Positions 55,555-64,000 of a stretch of 64,000 nucleotides of DNA are shown here, piece after piece. The position numbers were made by a program, and so were the translations under genes. Position 1 is the stretch's first letter; every line of letters starts with the position of its first letter. The notes below the pieces were generated by a model. The model ran no database searches, was not told where the DNA came from, and saw only the letters and a program-made list of their open reading frames with translations. This DNA is from Eledone cirrhosa (taxonomy: Eukaryota): contig OZ024741.1 of NCBI GenBank assembly GCA_964016885.1, forward strand, positions 64,790,001 through 64,854,000. The letters are read 5' to 3'.

Positions 55555-55948
55555 TCATACAATAAGGCGGTGCAATTATGCAAATATGTTGATTTGCCGC
55601 AAGTAATATACATATATATAGTTTAGGAATTGTAACGTCAAGTTGCTGTTGGTTCACCAAAGTGAACATTCGATCCGTAATCTCCAGTGTGTACTAATAA
55701 TAATGAGCATGGACGAGGTGTCGAATTTTATATTTAGTTTATTCAGGTGTGACGTGCTTTCGCAATTGATCAGCGCATGGTTCGATTTATATCGATCGGG
55801 CTCGACTCTGGAATGAAAAGCTCATCAGACTTCTGTTAGCGCAATGAATGACGGAATGCACTAATAGAATCGAGCCTTGAGCTGATCAATCGCGAAACGC
55901 GCGTCACACCTGAAGAAACGTAATGAAAATTTGGCACCTCGCCCATGC

Positions 55949-55998
<50 letters not shown>

Positions 55999-57412
55999 TT
56001 CGTTTTAGTACTTAATTGCCGTCCAGTTATTAAACCAACCAACTGGAAATTTGTAACAAATTGAAGTGAAAAGCAACAGGTGCGAGTTTTTTTTATTGGC
56101 AGCATGACCCTCCCAAAGTATATATATATATACAGTATAAATATTGTATTAGGAAAAACAGGCAAGAAGTGAGAAGAGATTTGATGAAAGATTTACTGGA
56201 TTAAATTATCTAACATGTTTTTCAGAGCCATTACGCAATCATCTACGAGAGCTGTATGGGAGTATTTTTTATATTCACTCACTCGCATTATGTCTGTGTT
56301 CGGCAATCTTCAGAGATAAAAAAAATAATAACCAACAAAGTGAAAACTTCCTTATCTTCTCATATATATATATATCCCAAAAATGTATACACACCTCGAT
56401 AATCTGTACAGACAATATTTATTAGAAAGCTGTTGAAGCATGTATACATTTTTGGGGATACCGTGCGTGCGTGTGTGTCACAATTTTGGAATAGTCCAGC
56501 AGATAGTAGTTACCTCCCTTAATTTTGTGATTTATCAACTGTTTCTATTTTGTGTCAAACGGTAGCAACTTAATCAAGAGAAGCGCGCACATCATCGAAA
56601 CCGTTGCCTTAAGGGTACAAATGGATTTGTGCAATACTCAAGCGTTGGATAAAACACAATGTGGTATTTAGTTACGGCTTTTGTTCTGAGTTCGAATGCC
56701 ACCGAAGTCTATTTGGCTTTTTAGCCTTCCGAGATCGATTTAATTGTGCCAAAAGTAGAAACAATTATTATTAGGGCGGTGAATTGGCAGTATCGGTAGA
56801 GGGTTGGACGCCATGCTTTCTAGCATAGAGTTACGGCCCTTTACGGTCTGAGTTCAAATCCCGTCGAGGTTAACTTTGCCTTTCATCCTTATAGGGTCGA
56901 TAAAATAAAGTACCAGTAATGTACTGGGTTATTGCAGGCCTTGTGCCAAAAGTAGAAACAATTATTAACATGAATTGGCAGAATCGTTAGATCGTTGGAC
57001 AAAATGTATTTCAGTGCTCGTTGCGACTCCTTACGTTATGGGTTCAAATTTCGCCATTGTATCCTTCCAGAGGTTTATAAAATAAAGTACCAGTAAAACA
57101 CAGAGACACGGCGTTTCTTGAATGTTTTAAACTCGGCGGAGCCCATCTTCCTTCCAGGTTTGAACACAGATAATTTCTTCGAGAGAGAGAGAGAGAGAGC
57201 AAATGAGAAAGAATCGACTCCCGTACCAGACATGCACATTTTTTTAATCGACCTGGAATAGAATATAGAGGAGTGATTTTGATTCAGGGTTGGCCCGCTG
57301 ATTCCATGTAATTGTAACAGCAAGTCATCCCCGAATCAAAATAGATCCTCTATTCTCTATTTATGTTCGCCAAAATTCTGTTCTCTTACATAACTAATTC
57401 TGCAATTAACAC

Positions 57413-57478
57413 CTGATGAAATCGCCTGGGTCTTGCACCTTATTCGGATGATGAAGCTGGGCCATTGAAATGTGTATA
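57413..57478 (+). ncRNA. Hammerhead motif with decayed stem I
   Basis: CTGATGA-AAT-C-GCCTGG...CTGGGC-C-ATT-GAAA-TGTGTA-TA. Confidence 0.55.
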
Positions 57479-58541
57479 TAGCTGGAACGTAACTGGTTTG
57501 GTAAAATTGGTTTCACTTTACAACGTTTCCCTCTTGGCAACCCTCAGCATAGTGCCTGCCTACCAAATTCCATTCACAAGATACTGATCAACTCGAAACT
57601 AGAGTAAAAGACACTTCCCTAACGAGATAAGCATTAAGATCGAACTATATAGTTGCGATTCGTTAATCTTCATGACACAGCCGTGCGAATTTATCAATTA
57701 AACACAAGGTTATAATTTTTTTTTGTGCGAGCGTTTAATCGATTCATCGATCCTTATTACCTGACTGGTGTTATCGACCTATTGTACTTTGCTACGCTTC
57801 AATCTTTCAGATTCATAGATAGGACTCTCTCCCTCTCGTCTGTTTGATATCATTTCTATACGTTTGTTTACATTCATAACATATGGTTCCGGTAAATGTA
57901 AACTGACTTTAAAACACTTAGTGGGTGGATGTTTTAATAGATATTGTGATGACGGTGATGATGACAGTTAACCCCCACCCCGAGAAAAAAAACAAACAAA
58001 AACATGATGGGTTGGCTTAGCGGAGATGAAGTGGGGCTTTAGTTTTTAAATTAATTATCAGTAACATTTGATGTGTCTGTGCTATTTATTTCATTCTCCT
58101 GATATTGTGGCAGCAGTCACTACATATATTAGTTTGGGTACGCTTTTCTACTTAACTATGAGAGAGAAGGAGGGAGATATCCACATATGGTTGATCAATT
58201 TAGCTGTCAAAGCTTCATGAATTCATACCCTACTCAAAAGAACCACGTTAGAATGTAGTCTGACATACCCCCTAAAAAGGATGGTCATGTTTGGAATGCT
58301 TTTGTCATAGATACCAGGGAGTAATTCGAGCTAACGAAAGAGCCTCTTATGTCAATGCACCTCAACCTGGCTGGCATGATCCACTCGTCGGCGACTTGAG
58401 ACATTTTGGTGGGTGCTAGAGATTATCCGGATATTGGAAGATTTTATACGTAAGCAATGGAGTGTTTCACTGGTTATTTGTGGACAATGATCGAATGACT
58501 TTTGAACTGTGCCTAAATTGGGTAGTAACTTCCTTTTAAGC

Positions 58542-58656
58542 CAGAGGTTCTCAAAGTTTGTGTGTTGGTACGTCTCTCTGGAAATAGGGATGGGGGCGCT
58601 GAGGGTATTACGTAGCCATGAGGGAGGCGGTGGCCCCAAAAGTTTGAGAACCTCTG
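58542..58656. mobile_element. hAT-Charlie-type MITE
   Basis: TIRs CAGAGGTTCTCAAA / TTTGAGAACCTCTG; 8-bp TSD ttttaagc / ttttaacc. Confidence 0.85.
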
Positions 58657-58856
58657 TTTTAACCGAAAGAGTGCTCCAGTTTTACATGGCAAGATCTCAT
58701 TGGTTTTATTTTTTACGGAAATGGAAAACTTTGCAAAGGTAAGCCAACGCATGCGCATGACATTTCACTCACCGTTTTCTTTCGATTTTAAGTTCTAGTT
58801 TGCTAGAAGGCTTAGCTTTCCTTTAAGACTTACCTACATTCATTAAGTTTTATTAG

Positions 58857-59025
58857 GGCGGTGGATCGGCAGAATTGGACATGCTTTCCAGCATAGTTAC
58901 GCCCCTTTACGATCTGAGTTCAAATCCCGCCAAGGTTAACTTTGCCTTTCATCCTTACGAGGTCGATAAAATAAAGTACCAGTAATGTACTGGATAATTG
59001 CTGGCCTTGTGCCGAAAGTAGAAAC
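58857..59025 (+). mobile_element. Same young SINE, 16-bp TSD
   Basis: TSD cattaagttttattag at 58841-58856 and 59026-59041. Confidence 0.88.
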
Positions 59026-59214
59026 CATTAAGTTTTATTAGCTGAAGGCTTGTTTTAATAAAATTTACAAACCTGTTGAACTTGGTCAGACCGATTAGAC
59101 CTGGTATGTGACTTCTAGAACTGTAGAAGTTTTCATCAAGTCATTAGGCCTTGAGGAAAACCTCTAGGCCTTAATTTTAATTTCTCGTGATTTTACATGT
59201 TCGGTTTAGACAAA

Positions 59215-60830
59215 TGGATATCTAGATTTAAAAAAAAAAATACAAACTTATCAGAAACAAGGGTGAACACAAATATGCTCGTAGCTATCTGAAGTTTAGT
59301 TTTATTGAATCTACTAGCTATTCACTAGAGTATCTGAAATTTAGTTTTATTGAATCTACTAGCTATTCACTAGAGTATCTGAAATTTAGTTTTATTGAAT
59401 CTACTAGCTATTCACTAGAGTATCTGAAATTTAGTTTTATTGAATCTATTAGCTATTCATCCCAGTATGTGAAGTTTGGTTTTATTGAATCTATTGGCAA
59501 TAAACGACTTCCATTGTGCTTACTGTATCGAAAGACATTTTAAACAGTGCTGGAGTCCAGTTAATTACGAGACCAACTTGTTTCAAAACATCCATTTAAG
59601 AGACGAACCCATTGACTATTTTCAAAACTGTACGAAAGGTTAAAAAAAAGTGTTTTACAATAACTTCATTAAAAACAACAAAAAAAGTTAAAAATAAAAC
59701 GAAAATGGTTTAACAGTAGCTGAGCAAATATCATAACTGATAGCAAAAAAGGTATAAAAGTCATAGGTTTGGGGAAAGTTTATTATCTTCTATCAAATAA
59801 TTTATCACAACGGTAATACATTAGGGCACAACTAAAGCTATAACTCAGTAAAGCGAAGCAAACACAAAACTGCGGTTAACATAGAAATAAAAACTTGCAG
59901 CTAACCCGCCATACAAAAGTTTCTTTGCAATTGGACGAGTCTATATGGCGTATGTGTGGTATTGTTAGAAAAAATGTTATCTACTGTAGATCTAGTTACA
60001 AACACAAATGGTTTATCAATATTCACTGCCGTGAAATCATATTTTACTAAAAATAATATACACACGAACTATATTGTCGCATGTGTACTGACAGAGTACC
60101 AGCAATGGTAGGTTACTATCAGTTTTGTTGTCTATTCATTGTAATGCATACACAACACCTTGTTAGAAACCACTTGAGTGAAAGTCTTCATAAATCATTA
60201 TGTATAATAATATCTTTTTTTTTTAATTGGTAGACGATTCTACAGCTTCAAGGAGTTAGTATGTATTAACTGCTGATGGAGTCGTAGGGACGCCAAAGTG
60301 ACATACGACGTTTCTTGAGCAGTTAAGCACAACCGATTTCTTCCAGAGAAGGAGAGAGAGAGAGAGTATGAGAAAAAGATATAGAGGAAGAATCGCAACC
60401 TGTCGGAGAACGACCGATATCTGGAAAGTTGCTGTTTCCTTATTCAGTGACAAGCTTAATCTATTCTGTAATATTCTGAAGAGGAAGTTTCATCAATGTT
60501 TAGAATTGTGTTCAATTGAAGATGATATAACTGCTAAAGTTCAGTTATCTGAATTAACTTAAATTAGGCATGCCAGAAAGAACTTTTACAACTCAAAGGC
60601 AAAGATAACTTTAATAGTGGTGTGTACCCCAAAAATGTCTGCTTTATATTCAACTCTGTGGAAAATTATTTCTAATTTATTGCTACTTGTACCGACTTCA
60701 TATTTTGTGGAATCCGGATTTTATCACAAATCAGAAATTGTTTGAAAAGAGGAGACTTTCATTTGTTCTTAAAAATCTAACCGAATATAAAAAGTAAATT
60801 TCTCGGTATCAGGCCCAAAGATTTCGTTAA
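59215..60830 (+). pseudogene. Decayed hAT Buster/Charlie-type transposase
   Basis: YLKF(S/G)FIES, PLCLL, EPIDYFQ, LQLDES, CTDRVPAMVG, IHC, PTSYFVESGF, KRGDF.LFL and QAQ in the expected order, with many stops and a SINE piece at about 60272-60370. Confidence 0.8.
59286..59495 (+). repeat. 45-bp tandem repeat, about 4.6 copies
   Basis: Unit tatctgaa(a/g)tttagttttattgaatctactagctattcactagag starts at 59286, 59331, 59376, 59421 and 59466. Confidence 0.95.
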
Positions 60831-62002
60831 ATAATGCTAGCATAATTTCAACTAATCTTGTTTATGCAGGGTTAGTGAATAATTTTAATATAATTTACTG
60901 TTTTGTGCAAAGAATGTAATTTTTCAAATTAAAATATAGGGAAAATTTTTACTATTACATCCGTCTCGGAGACAAATTACCAAATATAGTGGATGGGACG
61001 AAAGTTTTAGCATTAGAAAAGTGGGCGATGGTTATAAACATGTTGACGAACGTTGCGTTAGGGTGTAAATTGGCTGCTATTTCTAACAGACGGTAACCCA
61101 CAACCATTATATATGTTTCTTTTGTCATGATATAGAAGGTCGATATTAATACCAGTATCTCAATAGAAGTGAAACTGGCTTTAACAGGAGAGAATATATT
61201 CGAACTGCGGTGAGCTGCCCATTTGCTTCACGGCTATAATTGATAGTAAATTGAATGACTTAAAGAAGAAAACCAATTATCGCAAGGAAAAGGATTTCTC
61301 GTACCCTTTGTATTGATTCTTTCAATGTAAAGGGACATTTAATTTGACGCTAGTTAACATATTGAAACTCGTCATCCTAAATATTTTATAACGTATGAGA
61401 TTTCTTGGAATGTACGTTTTTTGTCATGTATAAATGTTTTTTAATGCCCAAAGAAAATTAATTATCGCAAGAATGCTACTATTTAAAATAAAATTTCGCC
61501 GGAGATTAGCAAAGTTTAATAAGCGGGAGGGGGGCGATTATTCGATACCCGAGAGTACATATACACTCTTGATTCATGCATTCGGCACCGTTGTGTACAG
61601 TCAACAGGTGCTGCCATACATAGGCCTTGAAATCTAATGTAGTGTAATACATATTACGTGTATGAATCATATAATAGCTCCCTTGCACTAGATAGAACAT
61701 TTTCGCTACATACGCATACATGCACACACACATATACACACATGTCATGCGCTCGATTCATATATATATATAATGTCATGGGTTCGATTCCTAGGTTGGG
61801 TTGCGTGTTATGTTCCTGAGCAAATCATTTCATTTGACGTTGCTCCAGTACGCTCAGCTGAAAATCAGAACCAGCAATTGCTGCAGGTTTAACTCTGCGA
61901 TGGACTGGCGTCTTGTCCAGGGGGAAGTCGTGTACTCTCAGTCGCTTGACGCCATGAAACCGGGATAAGCAAAGGATTAATGAGCCTTACGACAGATTTT
62001 AT

Positions 62003-62083
<81 letters not shown>

Positions 62084-62088
62084 ATATA

Positions 62089-62265
62089 CGATATTAATAA
62101 ATGGAAACTATATTTATAAAACCATATTTATTTATTATACATATTTCAGGGATACCAAATTAAGTTATGGTATGCTTTCATCAGACAAAATACAATATAT
62201 AACAGTTTTACAAATGAGCTTTGACGTACCCTTTTAAAATGCGACCATTATTTTTGGAAGCCATC
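62089..62265 (-). mobile_element. Dispersed copy of one arm of the 46.6-kb palindrome, including its hammerhead
   Basis: Matches 46585-46762 with 4 differences counted by eye. Confidence 0.9.
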
Positions 62266-63150
<885 letters not shown>

Positions 63151-64000
63151 GAATTAAGGAAGCACTTATTATAGATAAAACACATCCACCAATCAATAAT
63201 AGACTAGAGCTCAACACCCAATTTATAACCTGATAGGGCCTCTAGCCCCATATTTACACACCCCACACACACGCACGCGCACACACACACGCTTACACCT
63301 CCACTTATTCTCTCTCACACATACACACACAAAACCAGTTCTAACACCAGATAACACCTACCCCCCCCCAAGTTTACGATTAGACCTATCTTCCCACACT
63401 CACACACACACACCCACATACCTACACCTTCATGCATTCTCCCACACACATATACAGGCACGTATATAAAAAAAAACCCCTAAACAAACCCCTCTTAAAG
63501 GGAGATTACTCTTTATCCACCTAATTTTAATTCTTTGGTATTAGAGTTAGAACAGATACTCTATACTATTTCCGGTCAGCATGGCTTGACTAGAGATTTA
63601 AGACGCTGGTTTGAGACCTTTATTTCCCTCCGAAGAAGAGATATTATCTCGAAAATTAAGGACATTTAAATAAATTCACGGTGAAAGACGAATTCTCATC
63701 AATATCTTTCACTATTGCATTCTTTTTTCTATGTCCATACCTGCATTGTTTTGGCCTTATTACACATATTCAAACGTTTATATATATATATATAAATAAA
63801 TATATATATATATATATAAATAAATATATATATATATATATAAATAAATATATATATATATATATAAATAAATATATATATATATATATAAATAAATATA
63901 TATATATATATATAAATAAATATATATATATATATATAAATAAATATATATATATATATAAATAAATATATATATATATATATATAAATAAATATATATA

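Noticed and set aside
59286-59495. Regular repeat resembling a CRISPR array
   Set aside because: Head-to-tail copies with no unique spacers, eukaryotic context, no cas genes.
63625-63663. CCGAAGA-A-GAGAT-att-ATCTC-GAAA hammerhead-like string
   Set aside because: Core substitution and marginal stems I and III; possible remnant but not supportable alone.

Overview
AT-rich, repeat-saturated animal genomic DNA. The SINE set, microsatellite load and LINE types are most consistent with a mollusc, probably a cephalopod (inference). The only supportable host gene is three short, phase-compatible minus-strand exons (48548-48506, 16773-16685, 4222-4180) separated by about 32 kb and 12 kb introns and continuing off the left edge. 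They read MSRKRKSSSLKLRI|ISPLRGYNFEPRRSSGPPQSDHLQTATYTK|RFSEDFERMDLGDC; the family was not recognised. The rest is transposon debris: CR1-, RTE-, Tx1/L1-, CRE- and jockey/CR1-like LINE fragments, Penelope, mariner and hAT-Buster remnants, a non-autonomous Helitron, hAT/piggyBac/Tc1 MITEs and many tRNA-derived SINEs. The most notable signal is a dispersed set of over a dozen type I hammerhead ribozyme motifs (CUGANGA...GAAA...UH), intact to decayed, many inside fold-back elements ending in an ACTC..GAGTGCT hairpin. Copies with unrelated sequence share an extended stem II carrying a pyrimidine-pyrimidine mismatch at pair 4.
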